From: Nitrosopumilus sp.
Lineage (GTDB): Bacteria; Desulfobacterota; Binatia; UBA1149; SPBQ01
NCBI GenBank assembly: GCA_964225545.1
Contig: CAXQPB010000034.1
Coordinates: 23,853 to 87,852 of the forward strand
Direction of reading: 5' to 3'
DNA: 64,000 nucleotides
The notes below the pieces were generated by a model. It was given only the letters and a program-made list of their open reading frames with translations. It had not been told where the DNA came from and ran no database searches. Position numbers and translations under genes: made by a program. The first letter of the stretch is position 1. Each line of letters starts with the position of its first letter. This document shows, piece after piece, positions 1-7,765 of the stretch.

Positions 1-1601
1 CCTACGAGTTGCTGCTCGATCGTGCGCTGTCACGACGCGGGCTGATGATCGGCGGCCTCGCAGCGGCAGTGCTTGCCAGCGTCGCGTTGTTCAACAGCGC
101 CGGCAAGGAGTTCATCCCGCAGGACGACCGCGGCTACTTCAATGTCAGAATCCGGACGCCGGAGGGTTCGACGCTCGCATACCAGGAAAAGTATCAGCGC
201 GCCGTCGAGGGACTGCTTGCAGAGACTCCGGATATCAAGTCGTTCTTCTCGGTCGTGGCGTTTCCCCGCGGCGGGCCGGGAAAGGTCAACGAGGGCGTCA
301 TGTTCGTGCGACTCCAGCCGCGTGGAGTCCGCGACCGCCACGTCTCGGAGATCCTCGCCGAGCTGCGCGGCAAGGCGGCGAGCCTGGCGGGTGCCGACGT
401 CTTCTTCTACCAGTTCAATCCACTCGACCGCACCGGCCGCTCAAAGCCGGTCGGCTATGTGATCCAGTATCCCGAGCTCGAAGACCTCGTCAAGCACAGC
501 CAGCGGCTGCGCGATGCGGTCGCAGCCGAAGTCGCCGGGCTGGCGGAGGTCGATATCGACCTCGAGGTCGACAAGCCCGAACTCAACGTAACGATCGACC
601 GGGCGAAGGCGGCCTCTCTGGGGATCTCGGTCGTCGATGTCGCCGATACCCTCAAGATTCTGCTGGGCGGTGATGAAGTCACCCACTACAAGCGCGGCAA
701 CGAACGGCACGACGTGATCGTTCAACTCGAGCCCGGCGACCGCTACCGCCCGCGCGATGCCGGTGACATCGGCATCCGGACATCAGACGACCGCATCGTA
801 CCGCTGTCGAATATCATATCGGTCAGCGAAGCGGTGGGTCCGAGCACCATCAATCACTTCCAGCGAAAACGCTCGATCGTGCTCGAGGCCGGGCTCGCAG
901 GGATCGACCTCGGGCATGCCCTGGCCCGCATCGACGAGGTCGCGACCGAGATCCTGCCGGAGGGCTTCACCACCTCGCTGACCGGTCAGTCGCGCGAGCA
1001 CAGCCGCAGCTCACAGGGGCTGGCTTTCACCTTCCTGCTCGCCATCACTTCGATCTATCTCGTCCTTGCCGCGCAGTTCGAGAGCTTCGTCCACCCGCTC
1101 ACGATCATGCTCGCGCTGCCGCTGGCGACACTCGGAGCGCTGGCCGGCCTTAATCTGATGGACATGAACCTCAGCGTTTATGCCTACATCGGAATCATCA
1201 TGCTGATGGGGCTGGTGACAAAGAACTCGATCCTGCTGGTCGACTACACCAACCAGCTGCGCGACAGCGGGGTGGACACCCGAACCGCGATCCTCGAGGC
1301 GGGCCGAACGCGCCTGCGACCGATTCTGATGACCGCGGTATCGACGATCTTCGGAATCCTGCCGATCGCGATCGGACTCGGACCGGGCGCGGAGGGGCGC
1401 AGACCGCTCGGCGTCGCGGTCGTCGCCGGAATGACGACTTCTACGGTCCTGACACTTTTCGTGGTGCCTGTGGTCTACACCATGGTGGACGACGTGCGTG
1501 CGCGGGTCCGCCTGCACCGTGAGCGGCGACATGCGGCGGCAGTGCCGCCCGCTGAAGCCGACGTCGACCGCACGGCGGCAGCAGACGCTTCGGATCACTG
1601 A
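1..1601 (+). CDS. RND efflux transporter permease subunit (AcrB/CzcA family), C-terminal part; 5' end outside window
   Basis: Translation shows conserved RND TM segments (AITSIYLVLAAQFESFVHPLTIMLALPLATLGALAGL...GLVTKNSILLVDY). The ORF runs from the window edge to a stop at 1601. Confidence 0.85.
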   Translation, partial: YELLLDRALSRRGLMIGGLAAAVLASVALFNSAGKEFIPQDDRGYFNVRIRTPEGSTLAYQEKYQRAVEGLLAETPDIKSFFSVVAFPRGGPGKVNEGVMFVRLQPRGVRDRHVSEILAELRGKAASLAGADVFFYQFNPLDRTGRSKPVGYVIQYPELEDLVKHSQRLRDAVAAEVAGLAEVDIDLEVDKPELNVTIDRAKAASLGISVVDVADTLKILLGGDEVTHYKRGNERHDVIVQLEPGDRYRPRDAGDIGIRTSDDRIVPLSNIISVSEAVGPSTINHFQRKRSIVLEAGLAGIDLGHALARIDEVATEILPEGFTTSLTGQSREHSRSSQGLAFTFLLAITSIYLVLAAQFESFVHPLTIMLALPLATLGALAGLNLMDMNLSVYAYIGIIMLMGLVTKNSILLVDYTNQLRDSGVDTRTAILEAGRTRLRPILMTAVSTIFGILPIAIGLGPGAEGRRPLGVAVVAGMTTSTVLTLFVVPVVYTMVDDVRARVRLHRERRHAAAVPPAEADVDRTAAADASDH

Positions 1602-1751
1602 GCCGGCGTGGTCCCGCTCCTCGGGCGGAAGAAAACGCGCAGGATCACGTGGAGAGTTCAGGTCAGTCCGACCCGCCGGAGATCACCCCGGGGACCCGGA
1701 AACCCTCGCAATTCTTGCGCAGAAATTGCGGTCGAATTGCGTGAAAGCTGT

Positions 1752-1784
1752 GGATCCCGCGGGTCTGATCGACCCGCGGGATCC
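1752..1784. terminator. Perfect 14-bp inverted repeat (GGATCCCGCGGGTC-tgatc-GACCCGCGGGATCC) between the convergent RND and hup genes; candidate bidirectional terminator
   Basis: Seen directly in the sequence. A GC-rich stem-loop lies 16 nt downstream of the hup stop and about 150 nt downstream of the RND stop. It has no strong T-tract, which is common in high-GC genomes. Confidence 0.4.
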
Positions 1785-1799
1785 CCCGAGTGCGAAAGA

Positions 1800-2075
1800 T
1801 CAGCCGAGAACGGCTTCTTTGAAGGACTTGGCCACGGTGAAGGCGGCCTTGGTCCGCGCGGGGATCTGGATCTCCTCACCGGTCTGGGGGTTGCGGCCCG
1901 TGCGCGCCTTGGTCTCGCGCTTCTTGAACGTCCCGAGCCCCGGGATTTTCACCGGGTCGCCCGCCTTGACGGACGTCACGACGATATCGACGAGCGACTC
2001 GAGAACCTGGTTTGCCTGCTGCTTGTTCAGCTCCGCCGACTCGGCGAGCTTCTCAACGAGTTGTGTCTTGGTCAT
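1800..2075 (-). CDS. hup: HU family DNA-binding protein
   Basis: The 91-aa product carries the HU/IHF signature GLGTFKKRETKARTGRNPQTGEEIQIPA. Confidence 0.9.
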   Translation of the reverse strand: MTKTQLVEKLAESAELNKQQANQVLESLVDIVVTSVKAGDPVKIPGLGTFKKRETKARTGRNPQTGEEIQIPARTKAAFTVAKSFKEAVLG

Positions 2076-2108
2076 CTTTTCCCTCCGTCGGGTGGATAAT
2101 TGCAGTTG

Positions 2109-2138
2109 GTTATAAGAGAGCCGGAATCGGTGTCAAGC
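2109..2138 (-). promoter_or_regulatory. Sigma70-like promoter for hup: TTGACA, 18 nt, TATAAC on the minus strand, followed by a GGAGGG RBS
   Basis: Reverse complement of 2109-2138 reads TTGACAccgattccggctctctTATAAC. GGAGGGaaaag lies immediately before the hup ATG. Confidence 0.4.
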
Positions 2139-2215
2139 CCGTCCGCGAACCCCGCAGGCCCCCAGGTTGTGCGTAAAATGCAGCTCCGGTTTGGCCCGAA
2201 GGCCGGTCAGAGCGG

Positions 2216-4474
2216 TCAGTGGAAGGCCTCCACGAGCTCGATCAGCCCGAATTCGCGCAGGCAGTGGAACATGTATCCCTTCACTTCCTCAACCGTGTCA
2301 TAGCGCAGCAGGTCGGCCGCAATGCGCTCAGCGTCGGACATCTTCACGGAGCGGACCAGCTTCTTGATCACGGGCAGATACAGCGGCCCCATGCTCAGCT
2401 CATCGAGACCGATACCGAGGAGGAACAGCGTATACGCGGGATTTCCGGCCATCTCGCCGCACATCGACACCGGGCGCCCGGCGTCTCGCGCCGCATCGCA
2501 GACCATCTTGATCGACTGAAGCACCGCGGGATGCAGCGGCTCGTACATCGAGGCCACCTTGCGGTTGTCCCGATCGACAGCCAGCGTGTACTGGATCAGA
2601 TCGTTTGTTCCGATCGAGACGAAATCGACCTCGCGTACGAGCTGCGGGGCGCGCAGGACAGCGGCGGGAACCTCGATCATCACGCCGATCTCCACACCCG
2701 GCGGTGTCGAGATCCCGTCAGCGGCCAGGTCAGCCACGCAGTCAGCGTAGATCTCCCGGATACGCCGGATCTCCTCGAGGCTCGTCACCATGGGGAACAT
2801 GATCCGAAGCGCCGAGCTTCCGCCCGCTCTGAGGATGGCCCTGAGCTGCTCCTGGAAAATGGTCTCGATCTCCAGGGAGATCCGGATCGAGCGCCAGCCG
2901 AGGAACGGGTTCTGTTCCCGCTCGCCACGCACATAGGACGGGTATTTATCGGCGCCGATGTCGAGCGTCCGGATCGTCACAGGACGATCCCCCATCCGCT
3001 CGATGATGTTGCGGTACAGGGCGACCTGCTCGTCCTCGCTGGGAAAGTCCCGGTAAGACATGAACGGCAACTCGGTGCGGAACAGCCCCACACCTTCGGC
3101 CCCGTGCAGGTCAGCGAACTGGAGCTCTCCAAGCAGGCCGACGTTGGCGTTGAGCGCGACCCGGTAACCGTCGATGGTCTCGGCGGGAAGCTTGCGCAGG
3201 TCGGCGAGGTCGCGCTGGAGATCCTTGAACTGCCCTTCGAGTCGGCGGTACTCGGTGAGGACATCCTCGGTCGGCTGGATATACACCGCACCGGTATTGC
3301 CGTCGACGACGACGTCGTCGCCGTCTTCGCAGGCGTCGAGCAGACCGGCGACGCCGACAACAGTCGGAATCTCCAATGATTTCGCCAGGATGGCTGCGTG
3401 CGACGTCACGCCGCCGGAAGCCGTCACAATGCCGCAGAGTCGCGAGTGATCCACAGAGGCGAGATCCGACAGGGTCAGCTCGTCGGCAATGAGGATCGTG
3501 TCCTCGTTGAGGTTACGAACCATCGCCTCGAGTCCGAGCAGGTGCCGAAGGATGCGCTGCCCGGCATCGCGCACGTCGACCGCGCGCTCGCGAAGATACG
3601 GGTCGGGCAGCCCCTCGAAGCGCTGCACGTATTCGTAGGTGACGTATTTCAGCGCCGACTCGGCGCTGAGGTTCTTGTCAATTTCGGCGTGGACACGTTC
3701 GCTGAATGTATGGTCCTCGATGATCATGCGAAGCGCTTCGTAGAGCGCACCGCCGACTTCCGGTACGAGCTCGCGCATGCGAACTCGTGAGACCTCTACC
3801 TCCGCGGCGCTGCGCGCGAGCGCGTCATCAAAGCGAGCCTTCTCCAGCGCGGGATCGTCGGTAGTGCGGATCTCGATATGGTCGAGATTCGCCGGTGGTA
3901 CGACGACGTGCCCGAGGCCGATCCCGAAGCCCGGCGACGCGCCCTGACCGGTGAGACGGCTGCGCCGTTCGGAACCCTCGACAGACCGCTCCCGCTTGCG
4001 CTCGGCCTCATACGCCTCGAGCCGGCGGATCGCACGGACCATGCTGCGACGGTAGGTCTCGCGTTCCTCCTCCTCGCGCTGCAAGCGCTCGGCGAGGTGA
4101 GCATTGACCAGAATCGCGCGGACATGCCCGGCAACCGCGCGCAGGAGGCTGACTTCGTCATCGCGGAAACGCCGACGCGTCCGGCCCTGGAGAACCAGCA
4201 CGCCGAGCATCCCGACGGCCTCACCGACGGGAACACCGAGGAAGGCGTGGTAGCGCTCCTCGGACAGCTCGGGGAAAAATTTGAACCGCTCGTGAGCGAG
4301 GGCGTCCTCGACGTTCACCGGCTCCTGTCGCTCGGTAACGAGGCCTACCAGCCCTTCGTCCGCGCCCATCGAGATCTTGCCGATCGAGCGGGCCGGCAGG
4401 CCGACGGTGGCTGCGAGCCTCAGCGTCTCCGATTCGGGATCGTAGCTGTAGAGTGAGCAGACCTCGCAATCCAT
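2216..4474 (-). CDS. ptsP: Phosphoenolpyruvate-protein phosphotransferase PtsP (EI-Ntr) with N-terminal GAF domain; the true start probably lies upstream of the annotated ATG
   Basis: A GAF region (AMDCEVCSLYSYD... aligns to E. coli PtsP LAMDTEVCSVYLAD) is followed by a PEP-utilising enzyme domain. In-frame GAF-like sequence continues upstream to a stop at 4664-4666 without any ATG, GTG or TTG. Confidence 0.85.
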   Translation of the reverse strand: MDCEVCSLYSYDPESETLRLAATVGLPARSIGKISMGADEGLVGLVTERQEPVNVEDALAHERFKFFPELSEERYHAFLGVPVGEAVGMLGVLVLQGRTRRRFRDDEVSLLRAVAGHVRAILVNAHLAERLQREEEERETYRRSMVRAIRRLEAYEAERKRERSVEGSERRSRLTGQGASPGFGIGLGHVVVPPANLDHIEIRTTDDPALEKARFDDALARSAAEVEVSRVRMRELVPEVGGALYEALRMIIEDHTFSERVHAEIDKNLSAESALKYVTYEYVQRFEGLPDPYLRERAVDVRDAGQRILRHLLGLEAMVRNLNEDTILIADELTLSDLASVDHSRLCGIVTASGGVTSHAAILAKSLEIPTVVGVAGLLDACEDGDDVVVDGNTGAVYIQPTEDVLTEYRRLEGQFKDLQRDLADLRKLPAETIDGYRVALNANVGLLGELQFADLHGAEGVGLFRTELPFMSYRDFPSEDEQVALYRNIIERMGDRPVTIRTLDIGADKYPSYVRGEREQNPFLGWRSIRISLEIETIFQEQLRAILRAGGSSALRIMFPMVTSLEEIRRIREIYADCVADLAADGISTPPGVEIGVMIEVPAAVLRAPQLVREVDFVSIGTNDLIQYTLAVDRDNRKVASMYEPLHPAVLQSIKMVCDAARDAGRPVSMCGEMAGNPAYTLFLLGIGLDELSMGPLYLPVIKKLVRSVKMSDAERIAADLLRYDTVEEVKGYMFHCLREFGLIELVEAFH

Positions 4475-4673
4475 GGCTCCGGCGACCAGGCGTACGACGC
4501 CCTCGAGCGCCTCCTGATAGTCGTTCGTACGCCCGACCAGAACGGTGATGTCTTCCAGCAGCTTGAGCTGGTTGCGCTCGTCGTTTTCACGAGAGCGAAG
4601 GCTTTTTTTCGCGCGCTCTATGGAACTGCCCCCTGGATGCCCGGCCGCAATACTACCAGCTTGTCAGTCGCGC

Positions 4674-5525
4674 TCAACGCGAAAGATTCGGTGAGCGGCG
4701 CAGCACCGGCGCGCCGTCGCGGCGGTCGGCGTCGGCGATCAGCGAACGCACATGGGCGCGTGCATCGCCGACCGCACATTCCACCGACCGGCCCTTCGCG
4801 AGCCCGGCGGCCACAGCGCTGGCGAAAGCGCAGCCTGTCCCATGCATTGTCGTACCGGCAATCCGCTCACCCTCGAACCGGCGACAGCCGCTTCGGTCTG
4901 CGAGGATATCGACGGGATCGCCGGTCAGATGCCCGCCCTTGACGACGACCGTGCGTGGCCCGAGCCGCTGGATCTCACGCGCAGCGGCCTCTGCATGCTC
5001 GGGGGTTTCGATCGTGCCATCGACGAGGAGGCCGGCCTCGGTCGCGTTGCAGGTCACCACCTCGGCAAGAGGAAACAGGCAGCGGGCGACCGAGTGCAAC
5101 ACCCCACCGCTCCCGAGGGCCTCTCCGCCGCCGGCCTGCGCGACGGGATCAACGACCAGAAAAGGTGAATGCCGGGTATCGTCTTGACCGACCCGCGCTG
5201 CGCGCAGGCGTTCGATGCGCGAGGCGACCGACTCCACAACCGGAGGGGTCGCGAGCATCCCGCACTTGATCGCCGTCGGCGTCGAGACGGCCAGCAGCGT
5301 ATCGAGCTGTTCGAGCACGAGCCCCGACTCAACGGGCTCGACGCGGCTGACGCGAGCGCCGTCCTGAACGGTAATCGACGTGATGACCGTAAACGGCATG
5401 ACCCCGAAAGACTCCAGGGTGCGGATGTCCGCCTGGATACCGGCTCCGCAGCTCGGGTCAGAGCCGCCGATCGCGAGAACTGAAGGGCCTGCAGCGCCCG
5501 CAGGCCCTGTTTGGCGCGGAAGCAC
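4674..5525 (-). CDS. thiD: Hydroxymethylpyrimidine/phosphomethylpyrimidine kinase (ThiD/PdxK family); GTG start proposed at 5525
   Basis: Motifs VLAIGGSDPSCGAGIQADIRT and GTGCAFASAVAAGLAKG are present. The 140-aa N-terminal extension of the track ORF overlaps the upstream gene and is low-complexity, so I trimmed it to the GTG at 5523-5525. Confidence 0.75.
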   Translation of the reverse strand: MLPRQTGPAGAAGPSVLAIGGSDPSCGAGIQADIRTLESFGVMPFTVITSITVQDGARVSRVEPVESGLVLEQLDTLLAVSTPTAIKCGMLATPPVVESVASRIERLRAARVGQDDTRHSPFLVVDPVAQAGGGEALGSGGVLHSVARCLFPLAEVVTCNATEAGLLVDGTIETPEHAEAAAREIQRLGPRTVVVKGGHLTGDPVDILADRSGCRRFEGERIAGTTMHGTGCAFASAVAAGLAKGRSVECAVGDARAHVRSLIADADRRDGAPVLRRSPNLSR

Positions 5526-5551
5526 TGGACCGCCTGGCCGAGTCGGCGCGC

Positions 5552-6865
5552 TCACCGGCCGCCCGCAGCCGCGACGTCTTCGGCCGCCGCCGTGCATACC
5601 GCTGTCAGGGCCTCGATCACCTGCTCGACCTGTTCCGCCGTGAGCGCCGGATGGATCGGCAGCGAGAGCACATCGTCGGCAGCGCGGTCGGCCTCCAGCC
5701 GGGGATGCTCCGCCGACCCGATCCCCGGCGCACCCGCATCGCCCCGCTTGCCCGCTTCTTCCGATGCTCCAGAACAGCCTGCGACGAAAGCGAACTCCGA
5801 GAAGCAGGGCTGGCGGTGAAGCGCGAGGGGATAGAACACCCGCGTCTCGACGCCGCGCACGGCCAGAGCCTTCACCGCCGCGTCGCGCCCGGTCGCGAAC
5901 CGGATCGTGTACTGATGCCAGACACTGGCCGGCGGCGCGCAATACAGGGGGCGGCGGACAGATCCGCTCAGCTCCAGTCCGGCCAGACCCTCGTCATAGC
6001 GGCGTGCGATCCGGCCGCGGGCCTCGGTCCATGCGTCAATACGCTCGAGCTTCGCGTTGACCATCGCGGCTGAAAGCTCGGCGATGCGCGCGTTGATCCC
6101 ACACTGCTCGTGCCGATATGCGACCGAGCCTGCTCCGTGATTTCGCAGACTCCGCAACCTGAGCGCGAGCTGCTCGTCGCGTGTCGTCACGGCGCCGCCG
6201 TCGCCGGCTCCGCCGACGTTCTTGGTCGGATAAAACGAGAAGCACACCGCCTGCCCGTCGCCGATTCGTCGTGTCCCCGAGGCCGTCCGCGCGCCGATCG
6301 CCTGCGCGGCGTCCTCGAGCAGCATCGGCGAGCCGTACTCTTCGAGCAGCGCTTCGAAGTCATGCACCGGCGCCGCGCGCCCGTACAGATGAACCGCGAT
6401 CACGGCGGCAAGCCGCGCGCCCGTTCGGCGCCCGACCCGGCGCCCGTCCGCGCCGACCGCCGCGAACTCCTCGTCGAGAACACCACACAGCTCACGCTCA
6501 CCCATCATCAGGGTGATCGGGTCGATGTCGACAAACACCGGGGTCGCGCCCGCGCGAACGACCGAGCCCGCCGTGGAGAAAAACGTGAACGCGGGGACAA
6601 TAACGGCATCGCCGGGACCGATCCCTGCGGCGAGCAGCGCGAGGTAGATCGCATCGCTGCCCGACGAGCATGCCACCGCGTGTGCACCTGTAAGCGCGCT
6701 GAGGCGGGCCTCGAGCTCCTCGGTCTGCGCGCCCGATACGAAGTTCTGCGACGCGAGCACCGCATCGAAGCGCGAGCGGACATCCGGCTCGACATCGGCG
6801 AAGGACGCGCCGAGATCATTGAAGGGCACTCGCAAAGGCACCTGGACGGGCGTCGGGTTCGGCAC
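5552..6865 (-). CDS. DegT/DnrJ/EryC1/StrS family PLP-dependent aminotransferase
   Basis: The protein shows the conserved fold-type I sugar aminotransferase pattern (SSGSDAIYLAL...VDID...FSFYPTKNVGGAGDGGAV). Confidence 0.75.
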   Translation of the reverse strand: MPNPTPVQVPLRVPFNDLGASFADVEPDVRSRFDAVLASQNFVSGAQTEELEARLSALTGAHAVACSSGSDAIYLALLAAGIGPGDAVIVPAFTFFSTAGSVVRAGATPVFVDIDPITLMMGERELCGVLDEEFAAVGADGRRVGRRTGARLAAVIAVHLYGRAAPVHDFEALLEEYGSPMLLEDAAQAIGARTASGTRRIGDGQAVCFSFYPTKNVGGAGDGGAVTTRDEQLALRLRSLRNHGAGSVAYRHEQCGINARIAELSAAMVNAKLERIDAWTEARGRIARRYDEGLAGLELSGSVRRPLYCAPPASVWHQYTIRFATGRDAAVKALAVRGVETRVFYPLALHRQPCFSEFAFVAGCSGASEEAGKRGDAGAPGIGSAEHPRLEADRAADDVLSLPIHPALTAEQVEQVIEALTAVCTAAAEDVAAAGGR

Positions 6866-6873
6866 CGCAGTCC

Positions 6874-7695
6874 CTAATGAAGCCGGTCCGGCCGCGACGA
6901 CTCTGTTGCGTCGTCGGCATCGAGCGCGAGGCCCGCCGCCGCGAGGATGCGCGCCATCGACTCCCCGGCCGCCCCGCCTGCCGTGATGTGGGCGATACGG
7001 TCGTGGCCGGTCGGCTCACGGTTGACAATAACGAGCGGCGCCCCGGCCTGCACAGCAACCTCGGGAACAGCCGCTGCCGGATAGACGACGAGCGATGAAC
7101 CGATTACCAGCATCAGGTCACAGTCGGCTGCCGCGGCGAAGGCCTCCGCCGTTTCGCGCTCGGGCATCGCCTGGCCGAAAGAGACCGTGGCCGGTTTGAC
7201 CGGCCCCCCGCAGCTCTCACACATCGGGACATCCTTCCGCCCGGCCGTCAGCTCACGGTGAATTGCCTCGCGGTCGTGAGCCCGGCCGCACGCCGTGCAG
7301 CGGGCCTTGAGAGCCGAACCGTGGATCTCGATCGTGCAGTCTTCGCTGCTGCCGGCTCGCTGGTGCAGCCCGTCGACATTCTGCGTGACCAGCTTGCTGA
7401 GTTTTCCCTCCCGCTCGATGGCCGCCACCGCACGGTGAGCGGTGTTCGGCTCCGCATCGCGCATGATCGGGTAGGATTCTGTGGCGATTTCCCAGTAAAG
7501 CCGCCGAGTGTCGGGTTCGGCGAGGAAACGGTCGTAGGTCAGGCTGGCGGGATCGTAGCGGCTCCAGAGTCCGCCCGGCGATCGAAAATCAGGAATTCCC
7601 GATTCGGTCGAAATCCCGGCACCGGTGAGCACGACAACCCGGGAGGCATCTGCCAGCAGTCGGCCGGCGCTCTGGCAGGGATCGGTTTCGGACAC
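6874..7695 (-). CDS. cobB: NAD-dependent protein deacylase, Sir2/CobB family
   Basis: Motifs GAGISTESGIPDFRSPGGLW and TQNVDGLHQ are present, with a zinc ribbon CTACG...CESCGG. Confidence 0.8.
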   Translation of the reverse strand: MSETDPCQSAGRLLADASRVVVLTGAGISTESGIPDFRSPGGLWSRYDPASLTYDRFLAEPDTRRLYWEIATESYPIMRDAEPNTAHRAVAAIEREGKLSKLVTQNVDGLHQRAGSSEDCTIEIHGSALKARCTACGRAHDREAIHRELTAGRKDVPMCESCGGPVKPATVSFGQAMPERETAEAFAAAADCDLMLVIGSSLVVYPAAAVPEVAVQAGAPLVIVNREPTGHDRIAHITAGGAAGESMARILAAAGLALDADDATESSRPDRLH

Positions 7696-7765
7696 GGCGG
7701 GAGCCTACAAGAGCAGGCCGGGCCATCCAACCCCGAGCCCGCCGCGCGGCCTCCGCGGCGCTTTC

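Noticed and set aside
5526-5942. 140-aa N-terminal extension of the thiD ORF in the track
   Set aside because: The extension overlaps the 3' end of the DegT gene, is Gly/Arg-rich, and carries no ThiD homology. The conserved ThiD core begins right after a GTG at 5525.
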